Positions 41,301 through 52,500 of a DNA stretch of 60,107 bases are shown here, piece after piece. Under the pieces are notes generated by a model. That model saw only the letters and a program-made list of their open reading frames with translations. It ran no database searches and was not told the origin of the DNA. The stretch covers positions 1 to 60,107 of the IMG/VR virus record IMGVR_UViG_2974779775_000001; one strand, 5' to 3'. Both the position numbers and the translations under genes were made by a program. This DNA comes from Samistivirus egole (Duplodnaviria > Heunggongvirae > Uroviricota > Caudoviricetes). The first letter of the stretch is position 1; every line of letters starts with the position of its first letter.

Positions 41301-41734
41301 CTGAGAAGACTCTGTATGCTCACCTCAGCAGAAGAAGTGTAGGCGCTGGCTCCAGTGTTCGCGCAGGACAGCTACTTGGTTACTCCGGTAATACAGGTAA
41401 CTCCACCGGTCCTCACCTCCACTTTGAAACCTGGCGTGGTGGCCAGACAGTTCCTCCGGGTACTTTTGGAATTCCTGGTCTTGCAGTAGGTGGAAAGATT
41501 AAGTACGACAACACCATTGCAAACCTTCACAAGAATGAGGCAGTTCTTACAGCTCCACTCACGGCAAAGCTTGAGAGTGGAATTGACAAGATTGACTCAG
41601 GAGGCGGTAACACGTACAATTTCACTATCAACGCAGACGGTGGAATTAACACCGAAATTGATTTTGAAAAGGTTGTTACTCGTGCTCTCGATAAGATTGA
41701 GAGCAAGAAGGGAAGGAGCAGGGTGGTTAAGTAA
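35327..41734 (+). CDS. Tape measure protein with C-terminal transglycosylase-like and M23 peptidase domains (non-canonical start proposed; first ATG at 35417)
   Basis: >2100 aa, Ala-rich helical. AMQES.L...DSLGLFQQRP and YAHLS...GNTGNSTGPHLHFE motifs. Frame open from CTG-ACA-ATA at 35321-35329. Confidence 0.88.
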   Translation: MENINIRFSATADFRAARTEIEAINAQLAAMQANLARGMTPAALATNQAAFRNQVRSLGSMTTETMRVASASEMYTKALLKEDVTLRQALKNRTTFNQVLREQYQLSRAASMQWSTNTRGGSTMDLIVPRDAPERLGKFRQTLSAVRAGTISTNVALGEMAIKMGLVSQVAASAGANMIKWGKNTQWAGRQLMVGLTLPVVAAGAAMGKLAYDVEAQMTRINKVYDFSATKDQNAAKNAQETATLRANSMRAAKTAAEQFGASMKDTLSVEANLAATGEKGNELIGKTTEVMRLATLGEMDYQRALETTITLQSVYGDNTSKLAEDFNYMNAVENATSLSIEDFSKALPKVAAPMKTLNGTLQDAGTLLVAMRARGINAVEGANAIKASFTRVLKPTKQAKDMFQIFTRQSLTELTDKTNGEVIPTFQALQKATAGLTGKRRQALFASLFGTQQTTRLQAIVEEMGNLEDETTQVGKAYQIAKQDSSVWAESASREMEALQNSASGRLKIAIESLKVQLAEAGKPFLEIAGYIVRGVTAIVKAFNDLPGPIKSFASIAIIAGAIAGPVIMLVGLFANLAGQAVKMGAGLLGLVFRFRALLPEQVASRLASMQQTAAMQTQQGQTQALIATVNELTAALGRATAAQQGLTQASRTGQAAMGVRPGVVSGAPIPVNTPTPTTPVVGPITPTAAGYRDSTGRALTTAEVRNWQAAQAASASINQNAAATRRNWTQMGSSFQNLALGAGFMGAMVTDSGTMANNISQMLIPLALFGPMLIGPIVKFAGAIKTLVMPAISAVGSAATSAFGTVATRGRAAMGAVRSSIGGAVAAMGGLSAVMGTVLAVALAIGAAWYIINKNVAASRKEQENIEKSSEAWAKTLGFTYTEQQKIVAQGTHNVSSLNDKMNEFKKNNKDAYQDIQKFYDADEAEKWGRAIEEGVKVRLHGGTVSAAQEAVKTSLAIMGQRYSNAEFQYKLKAQIDFDDVSQVIEKRLKDAATDMRDATNLKFDQSKSESFGRFFANPGTIQQKAGEAMKANAKDLWDIYDNTQEAEKKKVFDKIAESVNSESVKLFETYKKKYSKEFKEMGIETFKDWTDYLNKDSNIESGVADISLGQKLGLSDGEIHKVQRAGDAVKGFSKEFADMQGIPKGKAGVNFNDLTKELPELQKTKQELWSVKQAEDGYYSSLRERSRAGVETSDADRLATLNIYRRMAGLEDATSLEQMFQKEIDKSTDSLTENMNAWEANSDNIGDFTDAYKGVMSNTRDEALGQAENLLNDQMQGEIDGINARSEARSKALDAAQERADKRFDERQDRTEKRFEAKQEALDNKYEKKQKAFDKKWDNIMENHDKKWEGRTDSINKAYDAKVKKIEDAIKAEEQAEQKRQEIFEKEKTRIQRMASLANQNIDFNMAINSGNLDEAAKIGNNIQADMDSWATEDASAASQSASDKKIESLNNQKTTVEAERDRRLKVIQQMEEAEKKQLQARKEREQEALNAQRDAANKALQIARETALKKIQIEREAYNKGIQAQREALQKETNDKIKATQRKYEAAKRAIELELATLKAFVPRNKKELDEQIKKIEAAYQKYGVNLKGKGNDWSKYIKDSLNKNVSAAASDLKNKIAWDKIAKSVASEISEGAFGLTIGQFSDWVSTGKLPKSGLNEKSGKNKSLDAHHEGGLIGGKSGGSGRTGYAGGRAHSELDIRAKRGEYMMKDKAVKKYGVDFMENINAGKLGTGGIGGAEGMGLPGLLGAGMAGMMQAMIQKGIQQGADSALMMGIDGMGIPGAAGMYGNVMLNAEQLQNAATIIATGKGMGANPTDLIVSIMTAMQESTLRNLNYGDRDSLGLFQQRPSQGWGTPEQIRTPSYAARKFFEHLLAMKGRGKLPLWEQAQRVQRSGFPMAYAKWEAMARAVVAGTGFKAFGSGAKRRPVNGPVSRDYAHHSNLPRATDFGVGVGTPVYAAMNGNVTTSTDLRGNGNGGYRSYGRYVVVQNGSEKTLYAHLSRRSVGAGSSVRAGQLLGYSGNTGNSTGPHLHFETWRGGQTVPPGTFGIPGLAVGGKIKYDNTIANLHKNEAVLTAPLTAKLESGIDKIDSGGGNTYNFTINADGGINTEIDFEKVVTRALDKIESKKGRSRVVK

Positions 41735-42135
41735 TGGCTATAACTTTTGCAAAGCCAAGACTTATGCGCTGGAATAACAATGCGATTACTGACCATAATC
41801 GTGGTGAACTCTCAATCGACGTTGAGCGAATTGAGAAGAAGCAGCGCATGGCCGATGGAACAATGAGAAAGTACATTGTCGCAGACAAGCGCACTTTCAG
41901 CGTCCAGTGGCAGAATCTACCGCATTCCTCCTCCTATACGGTAGACGGTTTCTGGGGTGCGCGTCAATTGAAGTCTTTCTATGACGCCACCCCAGGAGCC
42001 TTCACTTTGGAAGTGACGTATGGAGATGGAACAGTGGAAACATATCAGGTCATGTTTTCTGACTTCAACATGAGCCTGAGTAAGCGTGGGTCTTACGATT
42101 TCTACGAAGTCACAGTGTCAATGGAACAGGTATAA
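41734..42135 (+). CDS. Minor tail protein (distal tail-like)
   Basis: Follows the tape measure gene; ADG.MRKY.VA.KR.F.V.W pattern. Confidence 0.7.
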   Translation: MAITFAKPRLMRWNNNAITDHNRGELSIDVERIEKKQRMADGTMRKYIVADKRTFSVQWQNLPHSSSYTVDGFWGARQLKSFYDATPGAFTLEVTYGDGTVETYQVMFSDFNMSLSKRGSYDFYEVTVSMEQV

Positions 42136-45100
42136 TGCAGACGACTACATTTGAGGTAAATAAGCTATTGAAGGAGGGGCTTGCCGTAAAGGCAGTGCCC
42201 CAGCTTATTGCTGAGTGGAATATGAATCGCTATGCTGGCATTCAGACCGTAGACAACACCCCAGCAGAATATGATGAGGGTGACCCAGAATATTACCCAA
42301 TTGAGTCAATCGCATTTCCCCTGCGACCATCCAAGAGTGGTGTTGTCAAGGCACGCGCGAGCGTGGAGGGAATTGTCTCTGAGTACACAGACAGGCCCGG
42401 CAATAAGAGATACTATCTTGCAGGACTAGATGACCCATATAAGTATTGGAGCAGCCCAAAGGCTAGCTCCCTTGTCAGTGGACAGAATGGATTTACCACA
42501 ACAGTACGCCCATACATTGTCTACAAGACCGCTTCATGGGTCAACAAGATTTACCTGCTATTCGAAAACACAGCAGCGTTCCCTGTTGATTACGACATTG
42601 ACGTAACGACTGATGGAACAACCTGGACCACAGTTGGTGGAGACATTCAGCCACCAGCAGATGGAAAGGTTACTCTATATCGACAGGCCAATGGAACTTG
42701 GGGAACAACTGTTTACCGAGACAATCCAGTGAAGCTCAAGGGAATTCGAATCAAGGTCAATACAATCAGTGCTCTCGGTAAGTATCTTGAACTGATTGAA
42801 ATGTCCCTTCGCCTAGAGCAGGACTTGACAGCTACTCTCATTTCCAGCGATTCTTCATTCAGCATGGGAACAACGTCATTTGTAACTCCTCTCGGAGGGG
42901 CGTCTTCCAATACTGCTAGCATTCAGCTATCAAACATTGATGGACGCTACAACAATACAAATGACGAGTCTCTGTTCTATGGACTCATCGACAAAAATGT
43001 CAAGTTCACCTACAACATCGGATATGACACAACGCCGGTAGGTGGAAGTGGCATGGTCTATATCAGAGAATACACCATGTTTGCTGACTCATGGTCTGGA
43101 CAGGGTGAAGAGATTGCGACTGTTTCAATGAAGGATGCTTCCAAGTTCTTGCAGGAAATGAAGCCCCCAAAGATGTTCTTTGAGAACATGACGCTTGCTC
43201 GAATTGTCTGGCAACTATGTGACATCATGGGATTCAGTGACTATGCGTACGAAAAGATTGACGATGATAAGGCAACAATCGTTCCTTACTTCTGGACCGA
43301 TGGAGAGAAAACCATTTGGGAAATCTTCTCCAGCCTGGCAATCACTACGCAGAGCGCTATCTACTTTGATGAGTTTGGCATTCTGCAAATCCTCACAAGG
43401 GACAAGGCGTACAACCTTGGTAATCCAATCGCCTGGCAACTAGATGGCTTGAAGAATGGTACAAAGCAGCCTGACATTGTTGACCTTTCTCAGAAGTATG
43501 ACTACGAGGCAAACAACGTAACGGTTCGTTATTCAAAGGCCACGATGTCAGAAACTCAGCAGGGTCGAACTCCAGTAATGGATATTGTCTGGCAGCCAGA
43601 AGGAGATGTCGTTCTTAGAAGCAGCCAGCTCAGAGAAGCTATGAATTCCTCTCAGACATTCATCAGAATGACCGGTAGCGAAGCAGCTACCTGGCCTTAT
43701 TCTGGAATCATTGAGTGTGAGGGTGAGCTAATGCGCTATAACTCAAAGGGCTATTGGTACTACAACAAGTCTGGAGTCAGTACGTTCCGAGCCTTGAAGT
43801 CTGCTGATGAAAAGAAGCAGGTAGACGAGGAACTAAGCCATCCAGATTTGAAGTTCAAGAATGCATTCTCTGGTTGGTTCGGGATATCTGAAAGAGGACT
43901 TTGGAACACATATCCAGCGGCTCACACTGATGACGCAAATGGATATGGCGTAAGGGTAGCAAACTACAAGGGTGACTACAAGACCTGGCGTGGTGGATTT
44001 GTCCACAACAAGGACCAGTCAACCATCAGCTTGAAGGCCACCACGACGACCAATGTAAATACCTGTTACGTAGCCTCACGAGGTAGCGAGACTGATAAGA
44101 GCATTTGGTACGTAGGCACTCGCGTTCGTTTCAGGGACTCTGGATACAACCATGGCATGGCAGGCATTGCGTTCAATCTCGGCACCAAGGACAAGGGTTA
44201 TTTCCTTGAGCTTTGTCGAACAGACAGGCTTCCTGGTGGTCGAAAGTACCAGAACGAAGTAAACTTCTACATTCGTAGAAGCAATGGAAAGCTAGAGCGA
44301 TTCGGTCCTGACAAGGGCAAGGGAGTTGCAATGGCTATTTCCAAGAATGTCTGGTACGACATTGACATTGCAATCCGAATGGAGAACGGTGTCTATGGAG
44401 ACCCCGGTGCCTTTGTGGGTCACGTTATTCAGGTAAGCATCAACGGGCAGAACAAGATGACCTTTACCATTCCTGTTTCAAAGAAGGAGCCTCTGACGGG
44501 ACGCTTTGGTTGCTTCACTCGTGGAAGCACTCATGCTGACTTTGAGTACCTTTACGGAAATGGAACGACAGAGGATTTGCACATTGACACCACAGGATTC
44601 TTTGACCGAATTCGAGGCGGTATTGTAAGTAGCCAGGCATATACTGAATGGCTATACAAGTGGCATTACACCAGCCACATTGTCAAGAAAAAGAAGAAGT
44701 ACCTATGGGCTAGATATGCAAACAGATTCTTCGATGATTTCGGAGCCATCTGTCACGAAGTCAGGGAATTCGATGTGAAGTTTGATAAGGCACCTGCCGT
44801 TCACTCAAACATCTATTTCTCCAATGACACGCAAATTGTCTGTCCCGAATATCAGTCTGACCCATTCGGAGCTAAATTCATTCTGGCAAATGCTTATCGA
44901 AGCAATGCCATTGTGAACGGTGAGGATACTCTAACCTATGGTCCAGATAATTCAATTGAACAGAAGCTCATGATTTATGGACGAACCATCACCAAGGAAG
45001 ACGAAAAGACAATCGTCTCCACCAACGATGATGCAGTTCTGCGTCGTGGTCAGGTCGATACAGAAATCCAGCCAGAGTGGATTCAGACGGAAAGCGGTGC

Positions 45101-45329
45101 CCAGGCACTCGCAGATTGGGTCACTCATCACTGGGCAGATGGTTGCGATGAGGTGGAGGCTGAAATCTTTGGTAATCCATTGATTCAGCTTGGAGACATC
45201 GTTTCAGTCAACTACCCACAGAAGGATTTCGACCCGGTACATCATAGGTACTTCGTAGTTGAAATCGGTAGGGGCTACGATACCGGATACGACAATACGA
45301 AGCTCACGTTGCGCAGAGTCAAAGCTTAA
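42135..45329 (+). CDS. Minor tail protein (baseplate hub-like)
   Basis: 1064 aa; YFDE.G.LQ and GNP.IQLGDIV patterns. Confidence 0.75.
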   Translation: MQTTTFEVNKLLKEGLAVKAVPQLIAEWNMNRYAGIQTVDNTPAEYDEGDPEYYPIESIAFPLRPSKSGVVKARASVEGIVSEYTDRPGNKRYYLAGLDDPYKYWSSPKASSLVSGQNGFTTTVRPYIVYKTASWVNKIYLLFENTAAFPVDYDIDVTTDGTTWTTVGGDIQPPADGKVTLYRQANGTWGTTVYRDNPVKLKGIRIKVNTISALGKYLELIEMSLRLEQDLTATLISSDSSFSMGTTSFVTPLGGASSNTASIQLSNIDGRYNNTNDESLFYGLIDKNVKFTYNIGYDTTPVGGSGMVYIREYTMFADSWSGQGEEIATVSMKDASKFLQEMKPPKMFFENMTLARIVWQLCDIMGFSDYAYEKIDDDKATIVPYFWTDGEKTIWEIFSSLAITTQSAIYFDEFGILQILTRDKAYNLGNPIAWQLDGLKNGTKQPDIVDLSQKYDYEANNVTVRYSKATMSETQQGRTPVMDIVWQPEGDVVLRSSQLREAMNSSQTFIRMTGSEAATWPYSGIIECEGELMRYNSKGYWYYNKSGVSTFRALKSADEKKQVDEELSHPDLKFKNAFSGWFGISERGLWNTYPAAHTDDANGYGVRVANYKGDYKTWRGGFVHNKDQSTISLKATTTTNVNTCYVASRGSETDKSIWYVGTRVRFRDSGYNHGMAGIAFNLGTKDKGYFLELCRTDRLPGGRKYQNEVNFYIRRSNGKLERFGPDKGKGVAMAISKNVWYDIDIAIRMENGVYGDPGAFVGHVIQVSINGQNKMTFTIPVSKKEPLTGRFGCFTRGSTHADFEYLYGNGTTEDLHIDTTGFFDRIRGGIVSSQAYTEWLYKWHYTSHIVKKKKKYLWARYANRFFDDFGAICHEVREFDVKFDKAPAVHSNIYFSNDTQIVCPEYQSDPFGAKFILANAYRSNAIVNGEDTLTYGPDNSIEQKLMIYGRTITKEDEKTIVSTNDDAVLRRGQVDTEIQPEWIQTESGAQALADWVTHHWADGCDEVEAEIFGNPLIQLGDIVSVNYPQKDFDPVHHRYFVVEIGRGYDTGYDNTKLTLRRVKA

Positions 45330-45330
45330 T

Positions 45331-45359
45331 TTTGCCTTTGCGCAACTCTGGGATATAAT
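45331..45359 (+). promoter_or_regulatory. Promoter giving a leaderless mRNA
   Basis: TTTGCC-N17-TATAAT-N6-ATG(45366). Confidence 0.65.
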
Positions 45360-45365
45360 CAATCC

Positions 45366-45728
45366 ATGAGCATTAACAGCAATCAAATCATCAAGAAGCC
45401 TGATGTCGTCATCGACCCCAATTTCTTTCTACCACCTGGGGTCGTTGATGCTCGTTACCCAAACGAGATTGAAGTCACTACCGACGAAATCACCGATGTC
45501 ATCGACACAGATGACATTCTTGATGCTGACAGTGACACGAATCTGGACGAGCCAGAGGAGACGGGCGAAGACAACGACACCGTAATCCTCTACCCACCTG
45601 ACACGGCTATCGTGGTTAGCCAGACCATCCGATTTGATGGCTCTGGAAAGCAGGTCGTAGACGTAATTCTGGAAATTCCAGATGTACAGGATTCCATTCA
45701 GGTTGACGTAAGGATGACAAAGGCATGA
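45366..45728 (+). CDS. Minor tail protein (acidic)
   Basis: ORF in the tail module. Confidence 0.65.
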   Translation: MSINSNQIIKKPDVVIDPNFFLPPGVVDARYPNEIEVTTDEITDVIDTDDILDADSDTNLDEPEETGEDNDTVILYPPDTAIVVSQTIRFDGSGKQVVDVILEIPDVQDSIQVDVRMTKA

Positions 45729-46522
45729 TAACTACCCAAGGAAAGTCAGTAATCTTTAGATACCTAGCAGGAAACCTTCCTCGTATCGCAGAATCAATCG
45801 CGGTGGGAATTGGCAACTCAGCAGAGAATGTCAATGATACTGGCCTTGATTTCGAGACGGAAAGGATTCCTGTTACTTTGGTGTCCGCAGATATCCTGAA
45901 CGATAGGATTATCTTTAAGGGAACCATTCCACAGGAATATGTAGGAACCATCTACGAGGTGGCACTATGGTATGGAACCCCTCCACAAACGTCAGGAGGC
46001 AGCACAATTATTGTGAGCTTTGACTCTGACACAGAAGGATGGCTCCCTGCTACATGGAATACTTCCGTAGCTCGAATTGGAGTGGACGGTTTGCAGGTTG
46101 CTGGTGGAGCTAATTCAGTTCTGTCAGACATTGCATTGGATATGTCTGTATATTCAGACGCTGACTTCATGTCATTGGCTTACAATGCAGATGCAGCAAT
46201 TGGAAACGTCTCACTTCGATTCAGCACAGACGATACAAATTACTACGAATACACCTTTGCTGCTGCCACTGGATATGAAATCAAGACAATGGGCAAGACA
46301 GCATTCACGGCAACTGGAACGCCTGATTGGGGCAACATCACTTCAATTACAGTTTCAGCGACTGGTACAGGAAACGTAGTCTTTGATGGTATTAGAGCAG
46401 AAGACGCAGATACCCTCAGCACAGATTATGCACTTGTTGCCAGGTCAGTTCTCGGTACTCCAAAGGTAAAGACCTCAGATACCGAAATGGACATTGAGTA
46501 CGCATTGGAAATCACTATATGA
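45725..46522 (+). CDS. Minor tail protein
   Basis: MITTQGK..I.RYLAG; tail-fibre anchor-like; coupled to the next gene. Confidence 0.65.
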   Translation: MITTQGKSVIFRYLAGNLPRIAESIAVGIGNSAENVNDTGLDFETERIPVTLVSADILNDRIIFKGTIPQEYVGTIYEVALWYGTPPQTSGGSTIIVSFDSDTEGWLPATWNTSVARIGVDGLQVAGGANSVLSDIALDMSVYSDADFMSLAYNADAAIGNVSLRFSTDDTNYYEYTFAAATGYEIKTMGKTAFTATGTPDWGNITSITVSATGTGNVVFDGIRAEDADTLSTDYALVARSVLGTPKVKTSDTEMDIEYALEITI

Positions 46523-49500
46523 GAATTCTACTAAGAGACCTTACACCAGGAACAGACTACAACATTCAGCTTCGGTCAAACGATGGAACAAACGTTTCAG
46601 ACTGGAGCCGAATCTTTCCTCTTACGACAATTCAGGATACGCTGGCCCCAGCTCATCCCGTCAATCTGTCATGGGTAGTCAATCGAACCGCATTTTCCGC
46701 TAAATGGGATGCGGTTACTCAGAATGAGGACGCAAGCCCTCTTGAGGACTTCTCTCATTATGTAGTCAGTCTGACTGATGGTACGACCGTTGTCGAAGTA
46801 AAGACTGCAAATACGTTCTATGACCTAGCCTTCGAAACCAATAAGGCTTTCTTTGGCACGCCAAAGCCTACAGTCAGCATTACCGTATTTGCCGTTGACC
46901 TTACAGGCAATCGCTCTGTGGCCTCTACGACTCTATCAGCAACCAACCCGCCACCACCTGACCCAACTGGAGTAGCGGCGGCCGGTATTGTGGGTGGCGT
47001 CAGCATGAAGTGGGACGTTCAGGTAATTGATGACCTCGCAGCTTACGACGTATACATGAGCACCACCGGCTCTGGATTCACTCCAAGCAACTCTAACCGT
47101 ATTTACAGTGGTACAGGAAATGCTGTTGTATTCGACTCAAGCTCTCTGGGCATCGTTCACTACTTCAAGATTCGCTCTCGTGACGTATTCGATAGCATTT
47201 CAAACTACGTCACTGTTTCTGCGACTCCTATTTCCCCAACTGATGTAGACACGACAGCGCCCGGTGTTCCAACAGGTCTAGCTGTAACCATGGCTGTAGA
47301 CACTAATGATTCAGCCTTTGCGACAGCAGCTCTATCATGGACTGCCCCATCTGATACCGACCTTGCTGGATATGTTGTTCGATACAAGCAGAATGCAAGT
47401 AGCACCTACGACTACGTAAATGTCCCTGTAGGCACGACCTCAATTACTATTGGAGGTCTAGTTGTTGGTGTCCAGTACAATTTCTCTGTACAGTCATTCG
47501 ACCGAAGCACCAACAGAAGTGCATTCTCTGCTGCGGTAAACGGAACTGCTGTTAACACTGCTCCGTCAACTCCAGCGGCTCCAACTGCTGTGGCTGACGT
47601 AATGAGCATTCAGGTAAGTCACGCATTGCAGAAGGCAACCTCTGGCCGCCTTGAGTCTGACGTTAGTTACCTTGAGGTTCACCTAGGAACCACGTCTACA
47701 TTCACCGCAAGCGACTCTACGATGATTGGACAATTGCAGGTAGAGCCTGGCAGCACCTTCGTTTCCGAAGTTTTCAACACGCCCGCCCAGGACTCTTCTC
47801 TGGCACGTTGGGTACGAGTCATTGCTGTTGACCGAGGTGGATTGAAGTCTGCTGCTTCCGCAGTTGCTTCCGTCACTGTCGGTCTAATCAGCAACGCCTA
47901 CATTGCCAATGCGACCATTACGTCTGCCAAGATTAACAACCTGGACGCCAACAAGATTACGGCCGGTACGGGTATTATCAATGCCCTTCTCATCAAGTCT
48001 TCTTTGACTGTAGATACAGGCGGTACTGTAAAGAGCACCAACTATGCAGCAGGCTCAACCGGATATCAGCTATCCAACAATACTCTGGAAATCAACCAGG
48101 GTACTATTCGAGCTGCCGCATTGCTTCTACAGGATGCTCCAAACATCGTTCTGCCTCAGTACGCTGACTTTGAATTCCAGTCAAGCTGGTACACCGGAAA
48201 GCAGGTTACCTTCAACGACGGTGGAACGACGACTTGGGCAATTGCAACCGCTCCAGAAGTTACGCCAAAGTATGGAACTCAGTGTCTCAAGCACACCTGG
48301 ACTGGTGGAGGAACATTCTCACGAGTTTACCAGGGTCTAAGCTACACAGACTACAATGTCATTGTAGAGCCAAACACTGACTACATTGCCTCTGTATGGG
48401 TTTACAATCCATCAGGCTCCGGTGATAAGGTAGTCGGCTTTGGTGTAAAGACAGACCTTGCAACTTATCCACAGCCTGGCGGAACTCCAACTGTCGTCGC
48501 CAATGGAACATGGACCAGAATTCAGGGTACGTTCAACACTGGTACAAGCAGCACGCTTATGACCTACATGAGTCTATACAATGCTGGCTCTGTCTACTTC
48601 GATGGAATTCAGATTGAGCGAAAGCTTACCAGCGCAACAACGGCTTCACCATGGCGTGCTCCAAGCACGACTTCAATTGATGGTGGAATTATTCGTACTG
48701 GTGAAATCCGTTCAACGGCCTTGGCAAATGGTCTTTCAGGACAGCCAGCCTGGTCAATCAACTTGACTGGTGGGGCTCAGTTTGGCGATGCCACAGTTCG
48801 AGGACGAATTGTAGTTGGTGACCCTGCAAACCCAACTGCTGATGGTACGAACTCACGTATTCACTCTTCAAACTATTCAGCCGGTGTTAGCGGATGGATT
48901 ATCCGTAATGACGGATATGCAGAATTCCGTCAGCTAGCCGTTAACTCCATCAAGGTAACTGCACTGGACTCTCCAATGCAGAACAATACCTACGCAAAGC
49001 TATTTGACTACATGCAGGACGGAACGCTATGGCTGACATCTGGTGCTGTAGCTCAGAAGACTGACCCCGGTGCATACTCCGCTGAATCTCTATTTGAATT
49101 CACTGGACCCGGCCTGGTACTCAGAAATGCTGTCGGTGTTACCAAGGTTGCTTATGACCCAACAATTCTATACCGTATCTCAGCTCGTATCCGTGCGTAT
49201 GAAGTAGCGACGCTGAACGCAAACCCAAGCTTTGAAACAAACACGTCAGGGTGGTTTGCCTATGGCTCAAACAGCATTACCAGAGACACCACCAAGTTCT
49301 TTACAGGCACAGCATCAGTTCGTTGGGACCAGGTTGGTACATCCAACGGAGTCTATGGAATGGGAACGGTTGTCAACGTCAAGGCTGGTAGAACCTACAA
49401 TTTCGCAGCTCGTGTACTTCCAAATAGCACTGTCATTCGAGACAATCTCAAGATGAACATTGTTTGGAAGGATGCGGCCAATGCGACAATTTCTACCACC

Positions 49501-52500
49501 TTCAATGACATGGCCCCACCTGTTGATGAGAATGGTGTAGCAATTCCTATTGATGGAACGACATGGGTTCAGTTTGCTTCTCAGGGTGTGGCTCCAGTTG
49601 GCGCTGTCACCGCAAGTTTTGAGATTCAGGCCGGTATTTCTGGTAGCCCTGTAGCTGGTATTCAGGGATGGTTTGACGATATCTTCATTACGACTCCTCC
49701 ACGAGTCAAGGTGGGTCTATTTGGCTTCGACAATAGCAACAATGTAATCGACTGGGATTTTGTTGATGCTGCAACAACTCCTACCAAGATGCATGCAATG
49801 CCTACGGACTACAGTCAGCTTTCCACTTTGGCTGGTGCTCAGTACATGATGGTTTCTAATGACCAGGAAGTAGCAATTGCTTCTGGTACTGGTAGCACTA
49901 CTGCTGACTGGGTTACTGTAACTGGTTATGTTCGTGGTCGTGGTGGTACTGGAACAGATGGTCTATTCGGTTCTCAGGGACAGGCAAATGACCCTTATGC
50001 TCCAGCAGCATTGAACCAGTCTGTTCGTTACCTTGTACCTTATGTAGAATTCGATATTGCAACAGGCTCAAAGGCGCAGCTCGACCAGTTCTCCATCGAA
50101 GCATATGAGAATGGTGCTCCAGGAAAGATTGATACAACTGATATCAACGGAACAAAGGGTATTTCAATTGAGAACATTGAAGATGACTCTGAGTTCGACC
50201 ACGCTATCAGATTCTACACTGGTGCATCAGATGAAATGAAGCCCGGTATGATTGGTCACATTCTTGACGGTGACCTTAACAGTGCTGCTCATATTCGTAT
50301 GGCTCCACCAATGCTCAACAACGAGAGCACTTATGGTCGAGTTTACATGGGAATCTACGACAGAAACCCTAACTACATTTACGACTCATCATTCCAGAAG
50401 GGAATTGTCAACTGGACTGCAAACACTGCAACTCCTGGTTCAGCAGTTTCTTGGGATGAAACCGTAGGCCGTATTGAGCTTGGTTCCTTGAAGATTACTA
50501 CAACTGGTACTCCAGTTGCAGCAACAGAAATCTATGGAAAGTATGACATCTACACCGAGCAGCATCCAGACCTCATTGGAAGGAAGATTTCCGTATCAGG
50601 TTGGTTCAAGCCTGGAATGATTAAGCCTGTTCGTCTATATCTCAATTGTCACGACGAAACTGGCGCAATCATTATCAGTTACTACTTCCAGAAGACTCCA
50701 GTTAATACAACTGATTGGATTAAGCAAGCATGGACCATGCCAGTAGTTGTTCCTGACAATACGTACTACCTTCGTTACTTCTGGTGGTGGAACAATGCTG
50801 CGGCCGGTGAGACAATTTGGGTTGACGAATGTCAGCTTGAGACTGGTGGAGTTTCTAACTATAGAGATGCACAGGCGTCACTTATCAGCCTTACCTCTGA
50901 TACGGTTCGCTCAACAGGTTCAATCATCGTTTCAAGCTCTGACCTAGACCTTCCATTGAATATCTGGGGTGGAGGAAGTAGGCGTAGAGATGTTTCCACT
51001 TACCCATCATTCATTTCACAGACTGATGGTGGTAGTGGTGTATTTCGTGCAATTAACTACACTGATACCTACGGAAACCGTGCATCTACTCAGATGTCAA
51101 ACTACTCTGCGGATGGAATTGAAGAGGCGGCAGTAAGAATCTATGCTGGCCAGGATGATAGATATCCTGGACGAATTGCATTGACAAACCTTTCTGGAAG
51201 CTTTGCATTGTCAACATATGCTGATGATGGTGCCGACATGACTACAAGCACAAATGTTCGTGTTGGTGGCCACCTAGATGTACAGGGTAACCCACCTTGG
51301 GTCGCTCCTACATTGTCTAATGGTGTCAACTATTCATCTGCATACAATGTGGCTTACTTTAAGAGCAATGGAAATGTTTACCTTCGTGGTGTAATTCAGA
51401 CTTATTCCAAGGCGACGACCTTGTTCACCCTGCCTTCTGGATATCGCCCAGCACAGACGGTTTATCTCAATGCTATTCAGTGGAGCAGCACGACATCAAT
51501 TGGTGCTGTATTGCTCCAGGTAAATACTACTGGAACCGTGCAAGTAACATCTTCTGCAAGCACACTGGCCCAGCTATCCCTTGATGGCCTATGGTTTAGC
51601 GTTGCTCCAGAAGCGGTAGCACCTCCTGTTACTGGTGACACTACGCCCCCTGCTGCGCCTTCCGGCTTTAGCATTAATGCGTACAGCTCAGGTTCCTCAA
51701 CTGGCGTTTATCAATTGAAGTGGACCAATCCAAGCACCTCTGACACGGCTGGTGTCAAGGTTATCTGGAGAACTGACCGTTATCCAACAGTCACGATTCC
51801 TGCATCTGGTACAAGGACGCTTACAACTGATGGAAGCATTATCACAGTTACAGGAACTCCTTCTCAGGCTAAATCTTACAACCATTCTGGACTTCCGGTC
51901 AACAAGACCATTTACTACAGAATTGTTGCTTATGATAAGTCTGGAAATCACTCTGGATATCTATCAGCTTCAAGGTATCTTCTTGCAAGTCCATTTACGA
52001 TTTATGCTACAGATTCTGACGCATACCGTCTTGGATATGGAGGAATGTGGCGTAACGACGGTGACGCTCCTTATCAGGGTGACTGGACAGAGAATGACAA
52101 CCACAGAGGACTATTCTTCTATGGAGATGGAATTTACAACAAGCTGGCAACTGGTGGTGTTGTGAGAACTCCTACCAAGATGACAGTTTATGTCCAGAGA
52201 CAGAGTACGTCTCATGGTAATAACGCTGGAGTTGGATTGAATCTACGTGGGCACACATATGGTTCAAAGCCTTCTGGAGACCCGGTAGGTAAGATGACCA
52301 ATGAAGGTTCTGATGGAGATAGCATTGTAGCCCTTTCAAGAGGAGAGGCTGCAACAGTTACAATTCCATCAAGCTGGTATAACAACTTTGTAGATTCAAC
52401 ATCTGCAAACCGACTAAGAGGTGTAGGTTGTTATGGTAGCACGACAAGCGAGTACCTTGTCTTGTACGGAAAGAGTTCTGGCTCATCCCATGGAAAGATT

